From a virus: 64,000 nucleotides of DNA. Made by a program: the position numbers and the translations under genes. Under the pieces are notes generated by a model. That model did not search any database, had not been told where the DNA came from, and saw only the letters and a program-made list of their open reading frames with translations. Position 1 is the first letter of the stretch, and the number at the start of each line of letters is the position of its first letter. Of the stretch, positions 19,040 to 27,346 are shown in pieces. The DNA is taken from the IMG/VR virus record IMGVR_UViG_3300045988_164457, positions 32,001 through 96,000 of that record, one strand, 5' to 3'.

Positions 19040-19493
19040 ACAAATAATCAAAAATAGTACGATTTTTGTTGCCTGTGGAATTGTTTATATTATAATCGAG
19101 CTATTATACCGTGGCTACACATCACTCAGTATGTTTTTTTGTGCTGGTGCTATTGGACTTTTAGCTTCGCTTGTAAATAATCTTTTTTCATTTGAGATAT
19201 TACTTCAATGGCAGTTGGCTATAGGAACTGGCATAGCTACGTTTTGTGAAGGTATCACTGGACTTATGCTTGTGATGATATACGGATATAACCCTGTATG
19301 GGATTATAGTAGATTGCCATTTACATTCTTTTGGGGACAGTGTAATTTTTACTTCTGTCTTATCTGGACGATGTTATGTTTTGTAGCTATACTGATTGGA
19401 GACAGCATTGAATATTATTTATTCGATGGCAAGAGAGCTTATTATAAGGTAACTAAAAATAAAATATGGTTTTGGCTGCCTAAGAAAAGATAA
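19032..19493 (+). CDS. Multi-pass membrane protein
   Basis: At least four hydrophobic helices. It is the last gene of the + strand late block. Confidence 0.55.
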   Translation: MIKQIIKNSTIFVACGIVYIIIELLYRGYTSLSMFFCAGAIGLLASLVNNLFSFEILLQWQLAIGTGIATFCEGITGLMLVMIYGYNPVWDYSRLPFTFFWGQCNFYFCLIWTMLCFVAILIGDSIEYYLFDGKRAYYKVTKNKIWFWLPKKR

Positions 19494-19514
19494 TTCTATT
19501 TGAGATATAATTTT

Positions 19515-19551
19515 AGGGATAACGAAGTGAATTTCGTTATCCCTATTTTTT
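19515..19551 (+). terminator. Rho-independent terminator ending the late operon
   Basis: Stem AGGGATAACGAA...TTCGTTATCCCT followed by ATTTTTT. Confidence 0.65.
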
Positions 19552-19585
19552 ACGATTTTTAAAATTAATATGACAAAGCTACCCT

Positions 19586-20016
19586 TTCCCACATAATTAA
19601 GCAAATCATTGTGGGAAGATTTTTTAGTGGGAAATTAGTGGGAAATTGCACAATATTTTCATTGTTTCATTAGTCTTTTCCTTTATTTATGCATTTTTAA
19701 AAATGTGATATCATGTTGAGGCAAGACACGGCAAGGCATTCCAGGGTCTCCTCAACCGTTACTTCAAGTAAAATAAAATACAAATATATACAAATAGATA
19801 CGCCCATGTACAGGGCAATATGCACAGTTCTTTGCACTATAGTAATTATATGGTATGAGATGTATCAAAACATCTTATACCATATTTTTTTTGTTTTGTG
19901 GGAATATGGTGGGAATTTGATGTGTAGCAGTGATACTTTTTGTCTTTTCCCACAAACATCTTGCAAACAACGTATTTAAGCCGAAATATCTAATATTTAT
20001 AATAGATTGGTGGGAA
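19586..20016. promoter_or_regulatory. attP-like region with arm-type repeats
   Basis: GTGGGAA occurs at about 19611, 19627, 19638, 19898, 19909 and 20010. The inverted form TTCCCAC occurs at about 19586 and 19947. Two pairs are spaced 11 bp apart. The region lies immediately upstream of the integrase gene. Confidence 0.5.
19851..19892 (+). terminator. Second terminator inside the attP-like region
   Basis: 13-bp stem TGGTATGAGATGT...ACATCTTATACCA (one G-T pair) followed by a T8 run. Confidence 0.55.
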
Positions 20017-20032
20017 ACTCAATTTTTTCGTA

Positions 20033-20061
20033 TTGACATATATAAACAAGAATTGTATAAT
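20033..20061 (+). promoter_or_regulatory. Consensus sigma-A promoter of the integrase gene
   Basis: TTGACA, 17 nt, TATAAT. It is followed by a GAGGTGA RBS and the ATG at 20081. Confidence 0.6.
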
Positions 20062-20080
20062 AGATATTGAGGTGATATAA

Positions 20081-21247
20081 ATGAAAGGTAGCGTAAGAAA
20101 AAAAGGAGCTACTTGGTCTTTCCGTCTTGATCTGGGCAAACAAGAGAATGGAAAACGTAAACAAATTGAACGTAGTGGTTTTGCTACTGAAAAAGAAGCT
20201 CAAGCTATGTTAGCCAAGTATATAGACGAGTATAATAACAATGGTGAGATTGTCGAGAACAAAAAGATAACTCTTAATGAGGTTTATCAGGAATTTATCG
20301 ATAATGAAGCTAATACCACCCGTAAGCATTCAACCGTTACAAGATATAATTCTTTATATAGAAATCATATATGTAACGAAATAGGTTACAACTATATTGG
20401 TAATTTTTCGGCACAAAAATTACAAGAATATATTAATAGTAAAAGAAGCGAAAATCTGAGTGACGAATACATTAGAAGTATTTACAATTTTTTACTTGTA
20501 TTATTTAGGTATGCTGTTAAAAGAAAGTACATCAGAACCAATCCTACTATCGGAGTTGTCCCACCAGCAAGTTATCGTGCATACGGTGAAATACAAACTT
20601 ACACTAAAAAAGAATTAGAGTTAATGGAACAAAGATGTGCTACAACAAATTTAACTCCAGCCTTTAAAATAGGAATTAACCTTGGTCTTAGAGTTAGTGA
20701 ATGTTTTGGATTAAGATTTTCTGATATTGATTGGAATAAAAAGACTATACGAATAAACAAGCAATTATATTTTCAAGATAAACAATGGTCTTTTATACCA
20801 CCCAAAACAGTAAGTAGTGTAAGAACTATAAAAATGGGTGATGAATTTACCAATTACCTCAAAGAGCTACAAGCACAGCATGAAAAAAATAAACAAGAAT
20901 ACGGCGATGGATATGCTATAAATTTTGTTACCGATAGAAGAAATGACAAAACGCAAAGAATTATCGTTGATGACTTTATAAATGTTAAGCCAAACGGAGA
21001 AATGCTTACTCCAAATAGCATTAAGTTTATGAGACGCATATTTAAAGACGACCTCAATATAGACTTCAAGTATCATAATCTTAGACACACTCATACCACT
21101 ATGTTGGCTGAATCGGGTGTAAATCCTAAGTACGTACAGAAGCGCTTAGGGCATAGTAAATTAGAAACCACTCTTAGATATTACACCCATATCACTGATA
21201 AAATGGATGAAGAAGTTGCAAATATTATGGATAATATTCTAAAATAA
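20081..21247 (+). CDS. int: Tyrosine integrase with N-terminal arm-binding (AP2-like) domain
   Basis: N-terminus 'KKGATWSFRLDLGKQENGKRKQIERSGFATEKEAQ'. Catalytic motifs 'GLRVSE', 'HNLRHTHTT', 'LGHSKLETTLRYYTH'. Confidence 0.9.
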   Translation: MKGSVRKKGATWSFRLDLGKQENGKRKQIERSGFATEKEAQAMLAKYIDEYNNNGEIVENKKITLNEVYQEFIDNEANTTRKHSTVTRYNSLYRNHICNEIGYNYIGNFSAQKLQEYINSKRSENLSDEYIRSIYNFLLVLFRYAVKRKYIRTNPTIGVVPPASYRAYGEIQTYTKKELELMEQRCATTNLTPAFKIGINLGLRVSECFGLRFSDIDWNKKTIRINKQLYFQDKQWSFIPPKTVSSVRTIKMGDEFTNYLKELQAQHEKNKQEYGDGYAINFVTDRRNDKTQRIIVDDFINVKPNGEMLTPNSIKFMRRIFKDDLNIDFKYHNLRHTHTTMLAESGVNPKYVQKRLGHSKLETTLRYYTHITDKMDEEVANIMDNILK

Positions 21248-21308
21248 CTAAAAATATCCCGCTCAAATAGTATGAAATAAATCATATTATTGAGCGGGAT
21301 ATTTTTAG
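21248..21308. terminator. Bidirectional terminator between int and xis
   Basis: 19-bp inverted repeat CTAAAAATATCCCGCTCAA...TTGAGCGGGATATTTTTAG. Confidence 0.6.
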
Positions 21309-21547
21309 TTATTTGCTATTTTATATTGATGAAGAAGCTTAATATCAGTTAAATCACTTAAATCATAACCGTCATAAGCCTCTAAAAAATCATTTAATGA
21401 TTTAGCTGTTATTTTACAGCTACCTAATTTAATACTTTTGAGAATGCCATTGTTGATTAAATCATATACTGCATTTTTATTTATTTTTAATATTGAAGCC
21501 ACTTCAGCAACGGTAAAAACAAGATTTGGAAGAATTGTATTGTTCAT
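21305..21547 (-). CDS. xis: Excisionase-family helix-turn-helix protein
   Basis: 'FTVAEVASILKINKNAVYDLINNGILKSIKLG' is an HTH_17/excisionase-type motif. The ATG at 21547 was preferred to the GTG at 21559. Confidence 0.65.
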   Translation of the reverse strand: MNNTILPNLVFTVAEVASILKINKNAVYDLINNGILKSIKLGSCKITAKSLNDFLEAYDGYDLSDLTDIKLLHQYKIANN

Positions 21548-21548
21548 A

Positions 21549-22052
21549 TTACTTACCACTACTTCCTAATGCACCCATTCCCCTATCAGATGCTATTTCT
21601 TTAAGTTCATTATATGTAAGTTCTTCAACCTTAACCTTTGGAACAGGAATTATGAGCGCCTGTGCTATTGCCTTTTCGTAAGGATAAATAGTATATCCAG
21701 ATGTGTTTTTCATAAATATATAATCGGTATCTTTTTTAACAATAGTTATCTTTTTATTTGTTGTATTGGTAATGGGAACAAACCACTCGTTACGGTAGCC
21801 ACTGTCGATTACACCACACCTCTGAGCAATACCCTTACTACCTGTTGACCCTCTCTCTTTGAGAATAAAACAATAATCTGCATCGCACGCAGAAGCAATA
21901 CCTGTAGGTATCAATGTAGTTGTATGTGGGTCAATAATAATAAAATCATCTTCAAAGTCAGCATAAATATCAAATCCTGCGTCCTCATCTCTCTTTGTGG
22001 GTATAACTGCTGTGGGTCTTACTCTTGCAAATTTAACTGTTGTGTTCATCAT
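21549..22052 (-). CDS. dut: dUTP diphosphatase
   Basis: Motifs 'DAGFDIY', 'ERGSTGSKG' and 'GVIDSGYRNEW'. Confidence 0.85.
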   Translation of the reverse strand: MMNTTVKFARVRPTAVIPTKRDEDAGFDIYADFEDDFIIIDPHTTTLIPTGIASACDADYCFILKERGSTGSKGIAQRCGVIDSGYRNEWFVPITNTTNKKITIVKKDTDYIFMKNTSGYTIYPYEKAIAQALIIPVPKVKVEELTYNELKEIASDRGMGALGSSGK

Positions 22053-22091
22053 ATATGCTCCTTTATTTTAATTTTTCTTTTAAAAATAAGC

Positions 22092-22190
22092 TCATATTCC
22101 AGCTTTGATATATGTCCTATTTTTTATAAATTTATTACACATCCAGATGAGAATACCAATTATACCAGTTATGATATAATAAATCATCAT
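22092..22190 (-). CDS. Possible 32-aa hydrophobic peptide (below the ORF-track cutoff)
   Basis: Hand-translated as MMIYYIITGIIGILIWMCNKFIKNRTYIKAGI, preceded by an AAGAGG RBS. Speculative. Confidence 0.25.
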   Translation of the reverse strand: MMIYYIITGIIGILIWMCNKFIKNRTYIKAGI

Positions 22191-23269
22191 ATATAGCCTC
22201 TTACTTTCTTTATATTTTTCTTAATACTTTCAACAACGTAGTCAACTTCATCATCTGTAAGTGTATCGTCCCAAGATAATCTAATACTATTGTATATGTA
22301 ATCTTCAGGTGTGCCTATAGCTTTTAAAACGTGTGACGGTTCTAAGCTTGCTGAGTTACAAGCTGAACCTGCCGATACATAAATACCGTCCATATCAAGG
22401 AGGAGCATCAGTGATTCAGATTCTACGCCCTTAAAAGCTACATTAAGCGTTGACGATATGCTTACAGGTATAGCGGTGTTGAAATGGGTATCTTTAAAAG
22501 TGATAAAAGTATCAGCAAACTTCTGTTGTATCTCTCTACAACGTTTATCTATTTTGGAAGAAAAATTATAGAGTTCAGCAGCTTTACCTATTCCTACAAT
22601 AGATGCAACATTTTCTGTGCCTGCTCTGATGTTGACTTCCTGTTGACCGCCATAAAGAAGTGGTTTAAACTTGTCGGGTTCTTTTATATAAAGGATTCCT
22701 GTGCCTTTTGCAGCGTGAAATTTATGACCACTAAGACTTAGAAAATCACAATCAAGTTCTTTAACATCTATTGAAACGTGGGAGTATGCTTGAGTTCCGT
22801 CCGAGTGAAATAGCACACCCATATCGTGACATATCTTAATCTTAGTCTTTATATTGTATATTTCTCCGATTTCGTTATTGACAAACATCCAGCTTACAAG
22901 TTCAGGTGAATACTTATAAATGTCATTTGCGAGAGGAGATAAAGTTGCTGTCATTACATTGGGACATTTGAGTATTGAATGATGCTCATATGGTGAACAA
23001 AGTACACTCTTAAAGTTTGAACACACCCAATTATTACTCTCTGTGGCTCCTGATGTAAAAAATATCTGATTAGGTTCTGCATTAATAGCCTTTGCAATTT
23101 GATTTCTTGCTGTTTCTACAGCTTTATGAGCTGTTCTACCGAGAGAGTATAATGATGATGGATTACCGTATTGCTCTGTAAGATACGGCATCATAGCATC
23201 AAGAACTGGTTTTGTTATTGGGGTAGTAGCAGCGTTATCAAGATAAATTGGTTTGTTAATAATTATCAC
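22187..23269 (-). CDS. Cysteine desulfurase (NifS/IscS-like, class V aminotransferase)
   Basis: 'IYLDNAATTP', 'GNPSSLYSLG', 'FTSGATESNN' and the PLP-lysine motif 'SLSGHKFHAAKGTG'. The start was set at the GTG at 23269; the N-terminal extension of the listed ORF is implausible. Confidence 0.8.
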   Translation of the reverse strand: MIIINKPIYLDNAATTPITKPVLDAMMPYLTEQYGNPSSLYSLGRTAHKAVETARNQIAKAINAEPNQIFFTSGATESNNWVCSNFKSVLCSPYEHHSILKCPNVMTATLSPLANDIYKYSPELVSWMFVNNEIGEIYNIKTKIKICHDMGVLFHSDGTQAYSHVSIDVKELDCDFLSLSGHKFHAAKGTGILYIKEPDKFKPLLYGGQQEVNIRAGTENVASIVGIGKAAELYNFSSKIDKRCREIQQKFADTFITFKDTHFNTAIPVSISSTLNVAFKGVESESLMLLLDMDGIYVSAGSACNSASLEPSHVLKAIGTPEDYIYNSIRLSWDDTLTDDEVDYVVESIKKNIKKVRGYI

Positions 23270-23273
23270 TCCT

Positions 23274-23528
23274 TCATACCTTCGTAAATTTATACAAATC
23301 AACTGGATTGTCCGCTTTATATTTTGTTTTAATAATTTTAATTGTATCAGCAGGTACACTCTCATACAAATAATACACATCTCTGAGCGCAGTAGATGTT
23401 ATGTAGTATTTTGGCTTACCATCAATTTTATAAGTAAGACAAACAGTTTCACCTTTGCTAAATGGTGATTTACTTAATTGTGATTTAGTATTTTCTGTCT
23501 CGTTGTCTATTTTCTTAGATCTTGGCAT
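23274..23528 (-). CDS. Hypothetical protein
   Basis: 84-aa ORF lying tightly between neighbouring genes. No motif was recognised. Confidence 0.5.
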   Translation of the reverse strand: MPRSKKIDNETENTKSQLSKSPFSKGETVCLTYKIDGKPKYYITSTALRDVYYLYESVPADTIKIIKTKYKADNPVDLYKFTKV

Positions 23529-23725
23529 TATTCACTCACCTTCAGAAATCTGCCACAATGACATTCGCCATCTGTATTTTGTTCTCTGAAAATTTTACAC
23601 GGGCACTTTGTATCGTCATTCTTTATGAGTTCACAGGGGCAATACCCATTATTATCTTTTACAGCTTTTGTTACTTCTTCATAAATAGCAACATCTGGGT
23701 TTTTGATTATTTTCAAACCGTTCAT
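23528..23725 (-). CDS. Ferredoxin:thioredoxin reductase catalytic-subunit-like small Cys-rich protein
   Basis: The 'CPC..x10..CPC..x12..CHC' pattern (GYCPCELIKNDDTKCPCKIFREQNTDGECHCGRF) matches the FTR-C cluster/disulfide motif arrangement. Confidence 0.55.
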   Translation of the reverse strand: MNGLKIIKNPDVAIYEEVTKAVKDNNGYCPCELIKNDDTKCPCKIFREQNTDGECHCGRFLKVSE

Positions 23726-24207
23726 CAGCTAATCACCTCACCATATTGATTATCACTTACAAGATTTACTCCTAATACATCATCAAAATGTTTTTCTTGA
23801 TTTGGTACATATCGTCCGAATTTACAAATGATATTTTTAAATGTTTTTAGCTTTTCAATTTTATCTTGAATTTCATTTGGATAATAGCCCGTATAAATCA
23901 CAAAAGTATCATTTACACCTTTGCTACGGAAATACTTAATTAAATTATAAACATCTTCAAATTGCATCATTGGTTCAAGCCCACCAATAACAATAGCTTC
24001 TGAAATAGGATTTGAGATATACCTATTAAATATTTCATCAATAGGTGTATCAATGTCCTTTTGTTTTGCTAAGTCACTATTTTGGCAAACTGTAACTGGA
24101 ATATTTGCTTCAATACAGCACTTCCAGTTACAAGTGCCAATAGAGATGAACATACAGGGCAACTTGAAGTTTACGAAATCTTCATCGACTAAGCCCTTAA
24201 TTTTCAT
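23725..24207 (-). CDS. nrdG: Anaerobic ribonucleotide reductase activating protein-like (radical SAM)
   Basis: Cys cluster 'GTCNWKCCIEANIPVTVC' and 'IGGLEP'. The gene abuts the nrdD stop codon. Confidence 0.6.
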   Translation of the reverse strand: MKIKGLVDEDFVNFKLPCMFISIGTCNWKCCIEANIPVTVCQNSDLAKQKDIDTPIDEIFNRYISNPISEAIVIGGLEPMMQFEDVYNLIKYFRSKGVNDTFVIYTGYYPNEIQDKIEKLKTFKNIICKFGRYVPNQEKHFDDVLGVNLVSDNQYGEVIS

Positions 24208-25470
24208 TTATTCTCCCATACCGCTGCTGGTATTTTCCCATTTACGCATACAATACTCTTTCTTACGAGCATTCGTCCATGTGTTAATGGGCGTATAAAA
24301 ACCAACTACTCTCGTATATTCTGTTGCAATAGGCTTACCACAAACAGGGCAAGTTGTTCCATAAAAAGCGTGATTATCTTCGCAGGCTTGAATTTTAGTA
24401 TTAAATGCAAAATAGGTAACACCTGCATCAGCTATGTAACAAGTCATTTTATAAGCTTTATCAAAGCTATCAAAAGGACTGTCTATATTTGCGTGAAGAA
24501 TTGAACCACCATTACAGAACCTATCAAACATTGCCTGAATACGAATACGTTCTTTCAATGTAGTTTTAATTCCCAGAGGAATAAACTGATTACCATAAAG
24601 AGGAAGGTTGTAAATATTTGCTTCGGGGTAGAAAAATTTATCCTTATTCATAAGTTTCGATGCTGCACTTTCACCCGGTATCTGTTCAGTATTTATCATA
24701 TAATCACAATGATTGTCAGCGATGAATTTATCAGCAACTTCTCTCATTGTATCGAATATCTGTTTGCCAAAAGTTGAAGCCTTATCAGTATAATATACAT
24801 TTCCAAACTCATCTGTGGTAGTACAGCCAAACTTTTTCATTGTTTCATATATACCAATAAATCCAATCGTATTGTACAAGTGTTCAAAATCAACAAGCTG
24901 GTAAGAGAAATTCGGAAGCAGACCTTTTTCAACATCTCTTCTGATGATATTTCTAACAATATCCAATGCTCGAATATTTGATAATGTTCTAACTTTGAGT
25001 TCTTCAAGATATTCTTCCTTGGTGTTTGTATCAAGTGCCAGACGAGCAAGATTAATTGTTGATACCTTAACAGAACCAACCTTTAAAGCTGTACCACCCA
25101 CTGAATTAAAATAGCCAAGGTCACGAATATCAGATTTAAGTCTACAGCAATTAGAAAGACTTGAAACATTATCGTCAATAAAGAGGTTGCTATCTGACCA
25201 TTTCATATTGTGCTTAATTGCCCACTTGGCAAAATTCTCATCTTCAAATTGACCATTCTTACGAAGAAGTGAGATTGTGCTTACCGGAAATGTAAACATA
25301 TTTTCAGAACGTATGTCAGACATAACTTCCATATAAAGTTTTTGAAAATCAATAATTTCATCTTCAAAATCAATCATATATGTACCATCCGGGAAAGTGC
25401 TTCCTCCAAAAAGTGCTTCAAAATACGGTCTATCAAATACGGAGGTATTGGTAAATGCGGATTGCTGACC
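24208..25470 (-). CDS. nrdD: Class III (anaerobic) ribonucleotide reductase NrdD, exon 2
   Basis: The frame is open upstream of the listed Met back to about 25473, reading 'GQQSAFTNTSVFDRPYFEALFGG'. The C-terminus has the Zn-ribbon 'CPVCGKP' and the glycyl-radical region 'TRVVGFYTP'. The 5' boundary is approximate. Confidence 0.85.
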   Translation of the reverse strand, partial: GQQSAFTNTSVFDRPYFEALFGGSTFPDGTYMIDFEDEIIDFQKLYMEVMSDIRSENMFTFPVSTISLLRKNGQFEDENFAKWAIKHNMKWSDSNLFIDDNVSSLSNCCRLKSDIRDLGYFNSVGGTALKVGSVKVSTINLARLALDTNTKEEYLEELKVRTLSNIRALDIVRNIIRRDVEKGLLPNFSYQLVDFEHLYNTIGFIGIYETMKKFGCTTTDEFGNVYYTDKASTFGKQIFDTMREVADKFIADNHCDYMINTEQIPGESAASKLMNKDKFFYPEANIYNLPLYGNQFIPLGIKTTLKERIRIQAMFDRFCNGGSILHANIDSPFDSFDKAYKMTCYIADAGVTYFAFNTKIQACEDNHAFYGTTCPVCGKPIATEYTRVVGFYTPINTWTNARKKEYCMRKWENTSSGMGE

Positions 25471-26655
25471 CGTTTACCCTCATATTTCTATGAGAACTGA
25501 CTATTTTTTACTACCTTTTAATAGGGTAGCACTTCTCTTTCAAGCAACGTACCAATAGTTGCTTTACTCTCCTTCACGGAGATAGTCGATACAGGCTTCA
25601 AATTGTTAATTTAGTTATTAAAACGTAATGGATATTCTAAGTTTCTACGTCTATACATTTTGGTATTACCACTTTTTATTCCTATTATTATATTACTTTC
25701 TACCTTATATTTTTTTGCTATTTGTCTAATAGAAATATTAGTGTTTATCAATAAATCAATGATTTGAGTTACATCTTCATAGGATAATTTAGGCTTGCTA
25801 TTTGTATTTGCAAAATCCCTAATTGGATATATTTCATCTAACATTTTATGATACATACCTTTATTAATTCTTGATATTGCTCGTGCCTCAACATTATATT
25901 TTTGAGCTATTTCTTCATATGAAAGATATGTGAATTTTAAAATATCAATAATTTCTAATGCTTGATTTTTAGATATTTTACCACGATCATTCGGATTTTT
26001 TCTTATAGGATAAATAATATTATCTTGTTTATAAGAACGTCCAGCATTAATATCATTTATTGTTGAAGGATTAGAATTATATTTTTGAGCTAACTGTCTA
26101 TAACTCAAATCAGAATATTCTAAATCATATATAAGACCTTGTAAATCATATTCCGTAAACTTGGATTCAGGGTGTTTAATTCCAGCCAGTACAGGAGGTT
26201 CCTCCCCACCACTTAAAATATTATATCCATTAGGACGAATACTATCATACTTATCAATCCAATATTGTTCACGTTCGTTATAATTATCAATATCTGATTC
26301 GAGGATTTCAATCCAAAAATGAGATTTACCATATTTCTGAATTGCTTTTGCCACCAAATCATTTTCTATTAAAGCCGAACTTGGCTTACAATGTGCTTGA
26401 AAGCGTTTGTGAACGTTTTTGGCTTGACCTATGTAGACTTTATTGTTAAGATCATTTTTTATTATATAAATACTTTTTGTCATTTTGTCACCTCCTCATC
26501 TGTATCTGTAAATAAATTAACTGAATTAACAAATTTGATTCCCACGAGATTACCTTGCACTATCCGCAAAAGTGTTTAGGTTTCCTCGTTAGCCATACAT
26601 TTATTTGTATAACCCCATTGGTTAATGGAAAAGAAGTGAATGGACAATCTTACTT
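25471..26655 (-). mobile_element. Group I intron (inferred) interrupting nrdD and carrying a GIY-YIG homing endonuclease
   Basis: The two halves of nrdD are separated by about 1.2 kb. The flanks of the endonuclease ORF are non-coding and rich in hairpins (CTACC..GGGTAG, CAACG..AGTTG, CTCC-TTCA-CGGAG). The splice sites were not determined. Confidence 0.6.
25611..26483 (-). CDS. GIY-YIG homing endonuclease (I-TevI-like) with three HTH repeats
   Basis: 'SIYIIKNDLNNKVYIGQAKNVHKRFQAH...YWIDKYDSIRPNGYNILSGGE'. Repeats 'SYRQLAQKYN', 'SYEEIAQKYN' and 'SIRQIAKKYK'. Confidence 0.85.
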   Translation of the reverse strand: MTKSIYIIKNDLNNKVYIGQAKNVHKRFQAHCKPSSALIENDLVAKAIQKYGKSHFWIEILESDIDNYNEREQYWIDKYDSIRPNGYNILSGGEEPPVLAGIKHPESKFTEYDLQGLIYDLEYSDLSYRQLAQKYNSNPSTINDINAGRSYKQDNIIYPIRKNPNDRGKISKNQALEIIDILKFTYLSYEEIAQKYNVEARAISRINKGMYHKMLDEIYPIRDFANTNSKPKLSYEDVTQIIDLLINTNISIRQIAKKYKVESNIIIGIKSGNTKMYRRRNLEYPLRFNN

Positions 26656-27342
26656 ATCCCTTACGCAAGGTTGATTCACGGCGTAAATAAATCTCTGAAA
26701 TGCCTGTTCAGCATATTTCTTTTCAGAATGAGATGTCCTTACTCCCATATAGTCATTTTCAATATCTTTATGCCAAAAATAAAACATATAAGGAATAAGA
26801 TTAGGAAGTCCACAAGCACCAGAACTTCTATTGCTTGCAAAGTTTATGTATTCTTTGACAAAATCAACAAATGTTACAAGATGTTTGGGTGGCTTTGGAT
26901 TAAAATTATCACTTAGAAAAAACAAACCCTTTTCAGCAACATCTTTGAGGTCGTACGCAAAACAATAATGTTTAAATGTACTGGTATCTCCATCGTGCAT
27001 ATAAAGTTGACCTATCCATTCACGCCATAACCAGTCATTTGCTGCCTTGAATCCATATTTCTTCTGATATTCATAATGTATTTTATTATAAGCAAGAAGC
27101 TTTCTATGAGGCTTAGGCATCTCGGTAAGGAGCGTTACTATATCCTTTCTCCTTACATTGCTATTTCCATCAATACTTGAATCTGCAACCGTAGTTTCAT
27201 CAATAAAATTATCAATAAAATCGGTATATGAGAGCTGTGCATCATCAAAGCCATTTAACCTTGCAATATATGTACCATATTCACCTTGAAGTTTATTATA
27301 TTGTGTTGTAAAATTTTTATCTAATCTAATGCTTATTTCCAT
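26650..27342 (-). CDS. nrdD: NrdD, exon 1 (the ORF runs into the intron; the true exon end is near 26656)
   Basis: 'IDGNSNV', 'LYMHDGD', 'YCFAYDL' and 'FIYAVNQP' match the conserved NrdD N-terminal half. Confidence 0.85.
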   Translation of the reverse strand: MEISIRLDKNFTTQYNKLQGEYGTYIARLNGFDDAQLSYTDFIDNFIDETTVADSSIDGNSNVRRKDIVTLLTEMPKPHRKLLAYNKIHYEYQKKYGFKAANDWLWREWIGQLYMHDGDTSTFKHYCFAYDLKDVAEKGLFFLSDNFNPKPPKHLVTFVDFVKEYINFASNRSSGACGLPNLIPYMFYFWHKDIENDYMGVRTSHSEKKYAEQAFQRFIYAVNQPCVRDK

Positions 27343-27346
27343 TTTA

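Noticed and set aside
19713-19979. 88-aa ORF within the attP-like region
   Set aside because: It has no RBS. It spans a terminator hairpin and the repeat clusters, and its translation is implausible.
23270-23380. N-terminal extension of the cysteine desulfurase ORF
   Set aside because: It overlaps the upstream gene. Homologues begin a few residues before 'IYLDNAATTP', and a GTG with an upstream GAAGG fits that position.
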